Origin: Escherichia coli
GTDB lineage: Bacteria; Pseudomonadota; Gammaproteobacteria; Enterobacterales; Enterobacteriaceae
Strand: one strand, 5' to 3'
DNA length: 64,000 bases
Assembly: GCF_044324785.1 (NCBI RefSeq)
Contig: NZ_CP172127.1
In this document: positions 1 to 9,964 of the stretch, piece by piece
Position numbering within the stretch: position 1 is the first letter of the stretch
How the letters are laid out: every line of letters begins with the position of its first letter
Position numbers and translations under genes: made by a program
Notes under the pieces: generated by a model
Database searches by the model: none
What the model was told of the DNA's origin: nothing
Seen by the model: the letters and a program-made list of their open reading frames with translations, nothing else

Positions 1-900
1 GGGCTGATTGTGCCGCTGATTAGCGCGGCAATTGCCTATTCTATTGCCGATCGTCCCGGATTTGCCCCAGGCCTGATTGTCGGCTTTCTCTGCGGGCAAA
101 TCCATACCGGATTTATTGGCGGTATGTTGGGTGGTTTCCTGGTGGGCTACACCATTTTGCTACTTAAACGCTATATCCGCCTGCCGCAGTCGATGCAAGG
201 ACTCATGCCAATCATGGTGTTGCCGGTATTAAGCACCATTATCGGTGGGCTGTTAATGATGACGCTGATTGGTAAACCCATCGCCTGGTTACAAGAAGCA
301 CTGATTCATTTGCTCGAGTCGATGCAGGGCGGATCGCGCTTCCTGATGGGGGCCATACTTGGCGCGATGGCAACCTTCGATTTCGGTGGTCCGGTCAACA
401 AAACCATGTCGCTGTTTTCCGATGGCTTGCTGGTCAGTGGCGTCTACGGACCAGAAGCCGTGAAATTTGTCGGCTCAATCATCCCTCCGTTTGGCATCAC
501 ACTTTCGTTCTTACTGACACGCCATAAATACACCCGTGCGGAGCGCGAGGCGCTGAAAGCCGCGTTTCCGATGGGGATCTGCATGATCACTGAAGGAGTC
601 ATTCCTATCGCCGCGCGTGACCTGCTGCGAGTAGTGGGATCTTGTGTGGTGGCATCGGCGGTCGCGGGCGGCTTAATCATGGTGTGGGGCGTGGAGAGTC
701 CGGTTCCGCATGGCGGCATGTTTGTTGTGCCTCTGTTCACCCATCCTCTGCTGTTTTGCCTGGCGCTGGGTATAGGCACGGTGATTTGTGGCGTGATGCT
801 TTCACTCTGGAAGAAACCGGTAACGGAACGCGACGAAGAGTTTGACGAACTGAGCGATCAAAAGCTGAAAGATGAAGAGATCACTTTCACCCTCGAATAA
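1..900 (+). CDS. PTS fructose-family EIIC permease component, 5'-truncated at window edge (frz-like operon)
   Basis: Frame open from nt 1 and in frame with listed ORF 10..900; hydrophobic multi-TM translation with Gly-rich EIIC-like segment GFIGGMLGGFLVGY; followed by co-oriented aldolase and kinase genes. Confidence 0.65.
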   Translation, partial: GLIVPLISAAIAYSIADRPGFAPGLIVGFLCGQIHTGFIGGMLGGFLVGYTILLLKRYIRLPQSMQGLMPIMVLPVLSTIIGGLLMMTLIGKPIAWLQEALIHLLESMQGGSRFLMGAILGAMATFDFGGPVNKTMSLFSDGLLVSGVYGPEAVKFVGSIIPPFGITLSFLLTRHKYTRAEREALKAAFPMGICMITEGVIPIAARDLLRVVGSCVVASAVAGGLIMVWGVESPVPHGGMFVVPLFTHPLLFCLALGIGTVICGVMLSLWKKPVTERDEEFDELSDQKLKDEEITFTLE

Positions 901-911
901 CCGGAGGCCCT

Positions 912-1763
912 ATGTTTGCCGATATGAAAAGTATGGTGATGAAAGCCTGGCATGAACATTACGCCTTGCTGGCGATCAACTGTATGAATCTGGAAAGTGC
1001 TCACGCAGCTATCCGCGTGGCGGAGAAGAATCGCGCTCCGATCATTCTCAATCTCTATCAGGGGCATCTGGCGCATTTTCCTGCACCCGTCGCGGCGGCA
1101 GTGGTTAAAACGCTCGCGGAATCTGCCTCAGTACCGGTCACTCTGGCGCTTGATCATGGCAAAAATCCGGACTGTATTCGTCAGGCGTTTCGTGCTGGTT
1201 TCAGCGGATTAATGATTGATGCTTCTGCTTTTCCCCTGGAGGAAAACGTGCGCCAGACCAGGGCGGTGGTGGAACTCGCCGCCAGCGCGCAGCTCTGCGT
1301 GGAAGGCGAACTGGGCCATCTGGCAGATGCGCCGCGTTACGACCAGGCCGCCAATGCAGACCTGATGACGCAACCCACTGATGTGGAACCGTTTATCGCG
1401 CAGACAGGCATTGATCTACTGGCCGTCTCGGTAGGCACGGCGCACGGCATGTACGCGCCTGGTGTTGTACCTGCTATTGATTTTCAGCGTCTGGCGGAGA
1501 TTTTCCACTGCTCGAGCGTGCCTCTGGCATTACATGGCGGTAGCGGTACGCCGTTCGATCAGCTCCAGCTCTGTACGACGCTGGGGGTAGCAAAAATCAA
1601 CGTGGGGGCGGCCATTTTTGAACGGGGGAAATCCGCGCTCCTGCATACCCTCTGTCACGATATATCCATTGAACTGGTGGACGCGCTGAAAGCTATGGAA
1701 CTGGCCTTCGAAGAAGCGATTACACCGTATTTACAGGCGAGCGGCTCTATAGGCAAAGCCTGA
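912..1763 (+). CDS. class II ketose-bisphosphate aldolase family protein (fructose/tagatose-bisphosphate aldolase-like)
   Basis: 283-aa ORF; GGAGG 7 nt upstream of ATG; class II aldolase-like segments (LDHG, EGELG, HGGSG). Confidence 0.7.
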   Translation: MFADMKSMVMKAWHEHYALLAINCMNLESAHAAIRVAEKNRAPIILNLYQGHLAHFPAPVAAAVVKTLAESASVPVTLALDHGKNPDCIRQAFRAGFSGLMIDASAFPLEENVRQTRAVVELAASAQLCVEGELGHLADAPRYDQAANADLMTQPTDVEPFIAQTGIDLLAVSVGTAHGMYAPGVVPAIDFQRLAEIFHCSSVPLALHGGSGTPFDQLQLCTTLGVAKINVGAAIFERGKSALLHTLCHDISIELVDALKAMELAFEEAITPYLQASGSIGKA

Positions 1764-1843
1764 TTCATTTTCTGTCATGGCCTTTATGCCAGTGCAATAA
1801 CGCACCGGCAGGGCGGACTACACGCTGAAACTGGAGATTTAAC

Positions 1844-2704
1844 ATGTTAGTTTCGATGAAAGAATTACTGCAACCTACCCGCCAGCACGGCTTTGCCATT
1901 GGCGCATTTAATGTGGCGGATAACTGTTTCCTTCGCGCAGTCGTGGATGAAGCAGAAGCGACAAATACTCCGGCGATTATTGCCATCCATCCCAGCGAAC
2001 ATGATTTTGTGGGCGATGCCTTTTTCGCTCACGTTCGCGAAATTACCCAGCGTAGTCCGGTCCCGTTTGTACTGCACCTCGATCATGGTGCCTCTGTAGA
2101 GCATGTTTTGCGTGCGATTCGCTGCGGATTTACCTCAGTAATGATCGACGGTTCGCTGCTGCCGTATGAAGAAAACGTGGCGCTGACCGCAGAAGTGGTT
2201 CACCTCGCTCACGCGGTTGGAGTGTCGGTTGAGGGTGAACTGGGAACCATCGGACAAACAGGAACGTCGGTAGAAGGTGGTGTTTCACAAGTGACCTACA
2301 CAGATCCGGCGCAGGCCGCCGATTTTATTGCTCGTACAGGTGCCGACACACTGGCTGTGGCGATTGGTACAGCGCATGGCATCTATCCAAAAGGGATGCA
2401 GCCGAAGCTGCAAATGGACATTTTGCGCGACATTGCCGGACGTATTGATATTCCGCTGGTGCTACACGGTGGTTCGGCAAACCCGGACGCGGAGATTGCT
2501 GAATCAGTTACGCTCGGCGTCGGCAAAATCAATATCTCCAGTGATATGAAATACGCCTATTTCCAGAAAGTGCGTGAAATTCTCGCTAAAGAGAGCTGGT
2601 GGGACCCGAACGTCATCTATCCGGATGCGATTAACGCGGCGCGGGAAGTCATTCGCCACAAAATGAAACTGTTCGGTTCGCTCGGTAAAGCATCACTGTA
2701 CTAA
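1844..2704 (+). CDS. class II ketose-bisphosphate aldolase family protein (second paralog)
   Basis: 286-aa ORF with LHLDHG, VEGELG, LHGGS segments typical of class II FBP/tagatose-BP aldolases. Confidence 0.7.
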   Translation: MLVSMKELLQPTRQHGFAIGAFNVADNCFLRAVVDEAEATNTPAIIAIHPSEHDFVGDAFFAHVREITQRSPVPFVLHLDHGASVEHVLRAIRCGFTSVMIDGSLLPYEENVALTAEVVHLAHAVGVSVEGELGTIGQTGTSVEGGVSQVTYTDPAQAADFIARTGADTLAVAIGTAHGIYPKGMQPKLQMDILRDIAGRIDIPLVLHGGSANPDAEIAESVTLGVGKINISSDMKYAYFQKVREILAKESWWDPNVIYPDAINAAREVIRHKMKLFGSLGKASLY

Positions 2705-2751
2705 GCCAGAAGGGCGGGGTGACCCGCCTTTTACGCAACAAGGAACGAGAT

Positions 2752-3684
2752 ATGCACTATCTGGGGTTGGATATTGGTGGGACCAAAATCGCCGCCGTCG
2801 TCATGGATGCGCATGGCTGGGAGATTCGCCGTTACCGCTGCCCGACGCAAAAGTCGACATATCAACAATTTGTCTCATGCGTTGTGGCGCTTATCGAGCA
2901 GATTAGGCGGGACGTTCAACGACCGATGCTGACAGGGATCGCCTTACCCGGCAGTATCTCGCCACTCACTGGCCTGATTAAAAACGCGAATATTCAGGTG
3001 ATTAACGGTCATGCGTTACAGGCTGATTTGCAGCAATTGCTTGGGCAACCGGTGGTGATAGCCAATGATGGTAACTGTTTCGCGCTATCAGAAGCTTGCG
3101 ACGGTGCCGGGCAAGATTATGACGTAGTATTTGGTATTACGCTTGGTACAGGCTGCGGCGGTGGCATTGCCATCAAGCAACGACCGTTTATAGGGGCCTG
3201 GGGAAATGCTGCCGAATGCGGTCATATCACGTTGCCAGGCTATATGGAGCAGGAAGATGGTCCATCAGTCAGTTGCTATTGCGGCAAACACAACTGCGTG
3301 GAGTCGTTTGTTTCCGGCAGCGGTTTTAGTGAACGCTATCAACAGATGACTGGTAACTTGCTCACTCCTGCGGCGATTGTCACCCTGGCACAACGTGGTG
3401 ATGCTTGTGCCATGCAGCAGGTGGCACGTTTTCGCCAACAGCTTGCCCGCACGCTGGCAACCATCGTTAACGTTGTTGACCCTGGCGTGATTGTGATCGG
3501 CGGCGGGCTTTCGAATGTGGAACTGCTTATCACCGATCTGAACGCAGAAGTCGCTCCACTGGTTTTCACCGATCAATTCACCACTCCCATTGTAAAAGCA
3601 CAGCACGGCGACAGTAGCGGAATGCGTGGCGCTGCCTGGCTTGCTATGCGCAACGGAGAAGCCAATGAAACGCTCACAAATTAA
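2752..3684 (+). CDS. ROK-family sugar kinase
   Basis: N-terminal LGLDIGGTKIA ATP-binding motif and Cys/His-rich ROK signature region (CYCGKHNCVE); start set at ATG 2752, preceded by AAGGA. Confidence 0.7.
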   Translation: MHYLGLDIGGTKIAAVVMDAHGWEIRRYRCPTQKSTYQQFVSCVVALIEQIRRDVQRPMLTGIALPGSISPLTGLIKNANIQVINGHALQADLQQLLGQPVVIANDGNCFALSEACDGAGQDYDVVFGITLGTGCGGGIAIKQRPFIGAWGNAAECGHITLPGYMEQEDGPSVSCYCGKHNCVESFVSGSGFSERYQQMTGNLLTPAAIVTLAQRGDACAMQQVARFRQQLARTLATIVNVVDPGVIVIGGGLSNVELLITDLNAEVAPLVFTDQFTTPIVKAQHGDSSGMRGAAWLAMRNGEANETLTN

Positions 3685-4345
3685 TTATGTTATTGATAAA
3701 GCACATGCCATTGCGCAGACCTTCCGCGTTTGTTTGCCAGAGTTCGCCTATTTTACGGTGGATGACTGGCTGCAGCGGGAACGGGATAACTGGCAAGAAG
3801 TGGTCGACTTACAGCTCGGTTGGGATATCACCGATTTTGGTCGTGGTGATTTCAACCAAACGGGACTAACACTGCTAACGATGCGCAACGGCGCGCTGGG
3901 GTCGGCGGCATATCCAAAACCGTATGCTGAGAAAATGTTGCAGATCCAACAAGATCAGCAGACTCCCTGGCATTTTCACATCCACAAAATGGAAGATATC
4001 CTCAATCGGGGCGGTGGAGACTTATGCATGCAGTTGGCCTGGGCCAACGAAGCCAATCTCTGTGATGATCAACGAGTCATTACCGTGAGTGTTGATGGTC
4101 AGCGGCGTACCATGAAACCTGGTGAAACGCTGGTGCTAAAGCCGGGACAGGGCATTTGCCTGCCGCCGCGTCTGTATCATCGCTTCTGGGCGGAAAAAGC
4201 GTTTGTTCTCGGCTGGGAAATCTCGATGGTAAATGATGACCAACACGATAATTATTTTCTTGAGCCGGGAGGACGTTTTCCGGCGATAGAAGAAGATGAA
4301 CCGGTGAAATGGTTATTGTGCAGTGAGTATGGAATTTTGCGCTAA
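3665..4345 (+). CDS. cupin-superfamily sugar isomerase-like protein (D-lyxose/mannose isomerase-like)
   Basis: 226-aa frame starting MKRSQINYV; ATG overlaps ROK kinase stop (translational coupling); His-rich cupin-like core (WHFHIHK); last gene of operon. Confidence 0.5.
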   Translation: MKRSQINYVIDKAHAIAQTFRVCLPEFAYFTVDDWLQRERDNWQEVVDLQLGWDITDFGRGDFNQTGLTLLTMRNGALGSAAYPKPYAEKMLQIQQDQQTPWHFHIHKMEDILNRGGGDLCMQLAWANEANLCDDQRVITVSVDGQRRTMKPGETLVLKPGQGICLPPRLYHRFWAEKAFVLGWEISMVNDDQHDNYFLEPGGRFPAIEEDEPVKWLLCSEYGILR

Positions 4346-4354
4346 TAACGGGGA

Positions 4355-4388
4355 ACGCTAGCGCTGATATCCGCTAGCGTCCTTATTT
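4355..4388. terminator. rho-independent terminator-like hairpin between convergent cupin gene and yicH
   Basis: 9-bp stem ACGCTAGCG/CGCTAGCGT with 8-nt loop followed by T-rich tract. Confidence 0.45.
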
Positions 4389-6098
4389 TTACTGCACCGG
4401 CTCCGTCGACGTAACTTCACCACTGGAAACTACGCCCGCATTCATGGTTTGAGTCACTTGCTGCTTTGCGGCGTTCACGGCATGGAGTTGCCCGCTAACC
4501 GTAGGTTTCAGCGGGATATTGGCCTGAATATCGCCGCTGGCGGTAAGCTGAATATTGCCGTCGCCAGTCAACGGTAATTCAGGCCATCCCCACTGTTGCA
4601 AAATATTCACCGGCACACCGCGTCCATTCAGGCTGATATGGGTCTGACGTTGTGGCGTTTGTGAAACACTGGCGGTGGCTTCCAGAATGCCTTTTTCAGT
4701 AAATGCACTCAGTTCGCTGATATTCACCGTGCTGCTGTTGGCGGTTAGCGCCAGCGATGGGCGACGAATATCAACACGATTAAACGTCGCGGCGGCGGCA
4801 TTCAGATTCGCCGAGCCACTCCAGACGCCCCATTTATGATCGGTAACCAGCGTCAGATTGGCACCGTAACCATCGAGCGCGGTGAGCTGCCACGGGAAGT
4901 CAGGGTCGATATCAATGATCAGATTGCGGCTGGCGCTAAATCTCTTCAGTTGCAGGCTGTTTAACCAACCGGGTGTCGTTTCCATCCACAACTGTTGCCA
5001 GTTTTTTGGCAAGGTATATTCCAGTCCGGCAATTGCCGCATCATCAAGGATCAACGTTTTCCCGTTGCGCAGCCAGTTCCCGGACGTTCTGACCATGCCC
5101 CCTTCCCAGCGGCTGGTGAACTGGCGCAGCGCTACGCCCTGCGGGGAAAATTCCGCGTTTATAATCGGGTCAAATAAATGCAGCGAACCATAAATGAACT
5201 CGCTGGCGTTCATCGACAGTTTGCCTTCCTGTGTCTGCCAGTCATCTTTACTGAAGGTCATGTTGCGCAAGCTGAGATCGAGGTCGGTCACCGCCCAGTC
5301 CGGACCTTGCAAACGAGCATCGATGACTTCCAGGCGACCAATCTGCAACGACGGGACAGAGCGTAATGGCGCAAAGAAGTCGGTTAGCGATTTTTCGCTT
5401 TGTAGACGGATATCCGCCAGCCGCAGATTTTCCACTTGCCAGCTGCCGTCAGCGTTACGCTGCGCGTTTCCGGTTAATGTCCCGCGGGCGATGTCGGCAC
5501 CCAGGTTAGTCAGCGTAACGCGATCGTTATCAATACTGCCTTCAATCAGTACATTGGTGGCAGGAACATCATTGAGCGAAAGCGATCCGGCACTAAACTG
5601 AATCTGCGCCTTCGTACCCAGCACTTTACCGGCTTCAGGTGACCACGGAACCACGCCGCCATTTACTCGCTGCGCGCTTAGTTTCCATTCGCTATTCGGG
5701 CTATTAAACGCCATATCACGCAGTTGCAGACGATCGGCTTTGAACGGTAGCGGCGCGGTCTGGTCGGTGAGATTCAGCGTCCCGTTTTCCAGCAGGATGG
5801 TATCGACATGGCGTGGTTCGGTCAGTTGCCGACTGCTTAGCGCAATGTCGACACTTTTTGCCACCAGGGTCGCGGGCTGGCCATCACGACCAAACGTGAC
5901 GTTCTCCAGCACGATATGAGATGGCGCGGAAAAACGGTGATCCATCGCCCCGAAAGCCAGATGATAGTCGCTATTCTCGGAAACCCATGCGCTGATATGT
6001 TCTGCTCCCCAGCGGGTTTGCAGAAGAAAATAGAGGCCAGCGATCACCACTAACAGAGCGATGAGAATGTAGAGAAGCAGCTTCCCAATAAATTTCAT
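4389..6098 (-). CDS. yicH: AsmA-family outer-membrane biogenesis protein YicH
   Basis: 569-aa translation from MKFIGKLLLYILIALLVV with N-terminal signal anchor; position next to xanP as in E. coli. Confidence 0.85.
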   Translation of the reverse strand: MKFIGKLLLYILIALLVVIAGLYFLLQTRWGAEHISAWVSENSDYHLAFGAMDHRFSAPSHIVLENVTFGRDGQPATLVAKSVDIALSSRQLTEPRHVDTILLENGTLNLTDQTAPLPFKADRLQLRDMAFNSPNSEWKLSAQRVNGGVVPWSPEAGKVLGTKAQIQFSAGSLSLNDVPATNVLIEGSIDNDRVTLTNLGADIARGTLTGNAQRNADGSWQVENLRLADIRLQSEKSLTDFFAPLRSVPSLQIGRLEVIDARLQGPDWAVTDLDLSLRNMTFSKDDWQTQEGKLSMNASEFIYGSLHLFDPIINAEFSPQGVALRQFTSRWEGGMVRTSGNWLRNGKTLILDDAAIAGLEYTLPKNWQQLWMETTPGWLNSLQLKRFSASRNLIIDIDPDFPWQLTALDGYGANLTLVTDHKWGVWSGSANLNAAAATFNRVDIRRPSLALTANSSTVNISELSAFTEKGILEATASVSQTPQRQTHISLNGRGVPVNILQQWGWPELPLTGDGNIQLTASGDIQANIPLKPTVSGQLHAVNAAKQQVTQTMNAGVVSSGEVTSTEPVQ

Positions 6099-6218
6099 GG
6101 TCTTCCATCCCGTGAAATGCACATAAGGGAGTTATGCACGATTTACGCGCAATCCTCAAGGCGGGAATGGTGAAAGAGGTGAGACTGCGGCGGTAATTAT
6201 CTTACCGCCGCCAGTGAA

Positions 6219-7610
6219 TTACTGTTTTTCTGGTGGGAAAATCAGATTCAGCACGATGGCAGTAATACCGCCCGCGGCGATCCCGGAGGAGAGCAGGTTT
6301 TTCAGCCATTCAGGGGCAAACTGCAAAATCAGCGGCTGCTGAGAAACGCCCAGACCGACCGCTAGCGACAGCGCGATAATCAGAATCGCCCGACGGTTCA
6401 GCGGCTCACGAGAAACGATACGCACACCGGAGGCGGCGATGGTGCCAAACATTACAAGCGTTGCGCCGCCCAGAACCGGTTCTGGAATGTGTTGTACAAA
6501 ACCGCTCACTGCCGGGAACAGACCCAGCACGATCAACATCAGCGCGACGACAAAACCGACATAGCGGCTGGCAACACCGGTCAACTGGATCACACCGTTG
6601 TTCTGCCCGAAGCAGGAGTTCGGGAAAGTGTTAAACACCGCCGAAACAAACGAGTTCAGGCCGTTTGCCAGCACGCCGCCTTTCAGGCGTTTCATGTACA
6701 GCGGACCGGACACTGGCTGTTCGGAAACGTCAGAGGTCGCCGTGATATCGCCAATGGTTTCCAGCGAAGTGATCATAAAGACCAGCATCAGCGGCAGCAG
6801 CAGACTCCATTCAATGCCAAGACCGTAATAGAGCGGCGTTGGCACCATAATCAGTTCTTGCGTCATCGGTTCGTTGCTTTCTGGCAACATGCCCATAAAC
6901 CACGCCAGCGCATATCCGGCCGCCATCGCAATCACCAGTGAGGCCACGCGCAAATATGGGTTACGCTGACGGTTAAGCAGGATAATTAAGGCTAAGACCA
7001 CGCCCGCCAGCAGCAGATTTTTCGGTGCGCCGAAGGTGTTATCGCTCATGGCTGCGTAACCGCCGCCAATGGACGTTAACCCAACCTGAATTAGCGACAG
7101 GCCGATAATCATCACCACAACGCCAGAAACTAGCGGCGTAATAATGCGGCGCGCCAGATGCAGAACGCGGGAGATCACCATCTCAGTGCAACTTGCCAGC
7201 ATCAACGTGCCGAACAAAGCCGCCATCATGGTAGGAACATCAGCACCACCGGTCTTCAGCGCTGTGCCGCCCATAATCAGCGGGGCAACAAAGTTGAAGC
7301 TGGTGCCCTGAATAGACAACAGCCCGGAGCCAACCGGACCCCAGGCCTTAATTTGAATAATCGATGCCACACCGGAGGCAAACAGCGACATACTAATAAT
7401 GTGTTGCGTGTCTTGTGCCGGTAAACCCAGCGCCTGGCAGATTAATAGCGCTGGCGTGATCACCGCAACGAACATCGCCAGCAAATGCTGACAGGCGGCA
7501 AACAGGGTTTGAGGAAGCGGCGGACGATCTTCAAGACGGTAAATCAGTTCGCTGTTTTGAGTCTGCGCAACCGGTTGCGCATTTTCTGACTCGAGGGTGG
7601 AAACAGACAT
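6219..7610 (-). CDS. xanP: xanthine permease XanP (NCS2 family)
   Basis: 463-aa multi-TM translation [34 protein letters not shown] recognised as XanP. Confidence 0.9.
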
Positions 7611-7889
7611 CGAAAACAATCCCGTGGTAGCAAAGCGGGCATTTTAGCTGACCGAAAGAGAAAAGCAAACGTTTGCCACATCCTCATCTAAATATTTAAA
7701 TGAGATAAATGTACTTTTTTATATAACTTTTAGTTGTTTTCTGCTTAAAATCCATGCCATTTTTCTATTTTCAGCTAAGAATTCGAACCAGGAAAGCATG
7801 ACTCGATACTCGTCATATTTCGCCTTACTGCAAATGCGCGATGAAGTATGACGAGTATGAAAGAGTGATGCGGACACAAAGGAGTAACT

Positions 7890-9095
7890 ATGTTTCATCT
7901 CGATACTTTAGCAACGCTTGTTGCCGCAACGCTGACGTTGCTGCTCGGGCGCAAGTTGGTCCATTCCGTCTCCTTTTTGAAGAAATACACCATACCGGAA
8001 CCTGTTGCGGGTGGTTTATTAGTGGCGCTGGCGCTACTGGTACTGAAAAAAAGCATGGGCTGGGAAGTCAACTTTGATATGTCCCTGCGCGATCCGTTAA
8101 TGCTGGCTTTCTTCGCCACCATTGGTTTGAACGCCAACCTTGCCAGTCTGCGTGCCGGTGGGCGTGTGGTTGGCATCTTCTTGATTGTGGTTGTTGGTCT
8201 GTTGGTGATGCAAAATGCCATTGGCATTGGTATGGCTAGCCTGTTAGGGCTTGATCCGCTGATGGGGCTGTTGGCCGGTTCTATTACGCTTTCCGGCGGT
8301 CACGGTACGGGCGCTGCGTGGAGTAAATTGTTCATTGAACGCTATGGCTTCACCAATGCGACGGAAGTGGCGATGGCCTGTGCGACGTTTGGTCTGGTGC
8401 TGGGCGGCTTGATTGGCGGTCCGGTAGCGCGCTATCTGGTGAAACACTCCACCACGCCGAACGGTATTCCGGATGACCAGGAAGTCCCGACGGCGTTCGA
8501 AAAGCCGGATGTGGGCCGCATGATCACCTCGCTGGTGCTGATTGAAACTATCGCGCTGATTGCTATCTGCCTGACGGTGGGGAAAATTGTTGCGCAACTT
8601 TTGGCTGGCACTGCTTTTGAACTGCCGACCTTCGTCTGTGTACTGTTTGTTGGCGTGATTCTGAGCAACGGTCTGTCAATGATGGGCTTTTACCGCGTCT
8701 TTGAGCGTGCGGTATCCGTGCTGGGTAACGTAAGCCTGTCGTTGTTCCTGGCGATGGCGCTGATGGGGCTGAAACTATGGGAGCTGGCTTCGCTGGCGCT
8801 GCCGATGCTGGCGATTCTGGTGGTACAGACCATCTTCATGGCGTTGTATGCCATCTTCGTTACCTGGCGCATGATGGGCAAAAACTACGATGCGGCGGTG
8901 CTGGCTGCGGGTCATTGTGGTTTTGGCCTCGGTGCAACGCCAACGGCAATCGCCAACATGCAGGCGATCACTGAACGTTTTGGCCCGTCGCACATGGCCT
9001 TCCTGGTAGTGCCGATGGTCGGTGCGTTCTTTATTGATATCGTTAACGCGCTGGTGATTAAGCTGTATTTAATGTTGCCGATTTTTGCGGGCTAA
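7890..9095 (+). CDS. gltS: sodium/glutamate symporter GltS
   Basis: 401-aa translation MFHLDTLATLVAATLTLLLGRKLV recognised as GltS; divergent from xanP. Confidence 0.9.
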   Translation: MFHLDTLATLVAATLTLLLGRKLVHSVSFLKKYTIPEPVAGGLLVALALLVLKKSMGWEVNFDMSLRDPLMLAFFATIGLNANLASLRAGGRVVGIFLIVVVGLLVMQNAIGIGMASLLGLDPLMGLLAGSITLSGGHGTGAAWSKLFIERYGFTNATEVAMACATFGLVLGGLIGGPVARYLVKHSTTPNGIPDDQEVPTAFEKPDVGRMITSLVLIETIALIAICLTVGKIVAQLLAGTAFELPTFVCVLFVGVILSNGLSMMGFYRVFERAVSVLGNVSLSLFLAMALMGLKLWELASLALPMLAILVVQTIFMALYAIFVTWRMMGKNYDAAVLAAGHCGFGLGATPTAIANMQAITERFGPSHMAFLVVPMVGAFFIDIVNALVIKLYLMLPIFAG

Positions 9096-9097
9096 AA

Positions 9098-9964
9098 ATG
9101 AAAAAGCGTCGGAAGGAACCGGAAACGCTACGTGAACACTGTCGCCATATTTTTGGTGATGAGCCGCCAGTGCTCTGTGTATGGGAAACGGAATTTGATT
9201 ACGCAGATGCCGAACTCAAGGCGCTGGCGGCTAAAGAGTGGCAGCAGATCAGCGAATGGGATTTGAGTGCTTACTATGTACTCAATCTCGTTTATAACGA
9301 ACCGATGCAACCAGAGTTGTTTCGCTATCTGTTTCCGCTCTGCCTGGCGCAATGGCATGAAACCGTTTTAGCTGGCGGTTATGGTGATCACTTCGAAGAA
9401 TCATTAATGAAGGCATTGCGTCGGCCCTATCTCTGGCAGGAGATGATGAATGCTTCCCAACGCCAGCAGGTACGGCAATTTTTACTGGAAACCGCGTTGC
9501 AGCGTATGGATAACGAGCGCGGTTTCAATAATGTTCTTTGCTGGCTGGCGGTGTTCAATACTCTGGGCGGGGCCGCGCCATTAATTCGTCCCCTTTGGTC
9601 ACGCTGGTGGGCACTGGATACGCCCGGCAAAGCGGTGTGTGCTATTCAATATGCTGCGCATCTTATTTATCCCATAGAAGCCAATCCGTTATGGTCGCAA
9701 GAATGGTTAGGCTGGGGGCATCCATTAGGCCATAAAGATGGCTGGTCCTCTGAGAATCGCGCTTTTCTTCGCCAGATGTTAACACCTGAAATGATTGTGG
9801 CTGGCGTACAGGCAGCGGCTGAAATTCTGCGTGGTGAACCGGAAGGCACAATGGCGGCGCGAATTGCGCAGGATGCGTATGAGGCAATGGATATCATCAC
9901 TATCCAGATTGAAGATTTACTGCGTGACTTGTCTTGCGATGAGTCAGGTCATGCGTTGGAGTAA
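9098..9964 (+). CDS. hypothetical protein (Trp-rich, soluble), not part of the K-12 gltS-recG junction as I recall it
   Basis: 288-aa ORF starting 3 nt after gltS stop; 3' end overlaps recG 3' end by 16 nt; no recognisable motif. Confidence 0.45.
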   Translation: MKKRRKEPETLREHCRHIFGDEPPVLCVWETEFDYADAELKALAAKEWQQISEWDLSAYYVLNLVYNEPMQPELFRYLFPLCLAQWHETVLAGGYGDHFEESLMKALRRPYLWQEMMNASQRQQVRQFLLETALQRMDNERGFNNVLCWLAVFNTLGGAAPLIRPLWSRWWALDTPGKAVCAIQYAAHLIYPIEANPLWSQEWLGWGHPLGHKDGWSSENRAFLRQMLTPEMIVAGVQAAAEILRGEPEGTMAARIAQDAYEAMDIITIQIEDLLRDLSCDESGHALE

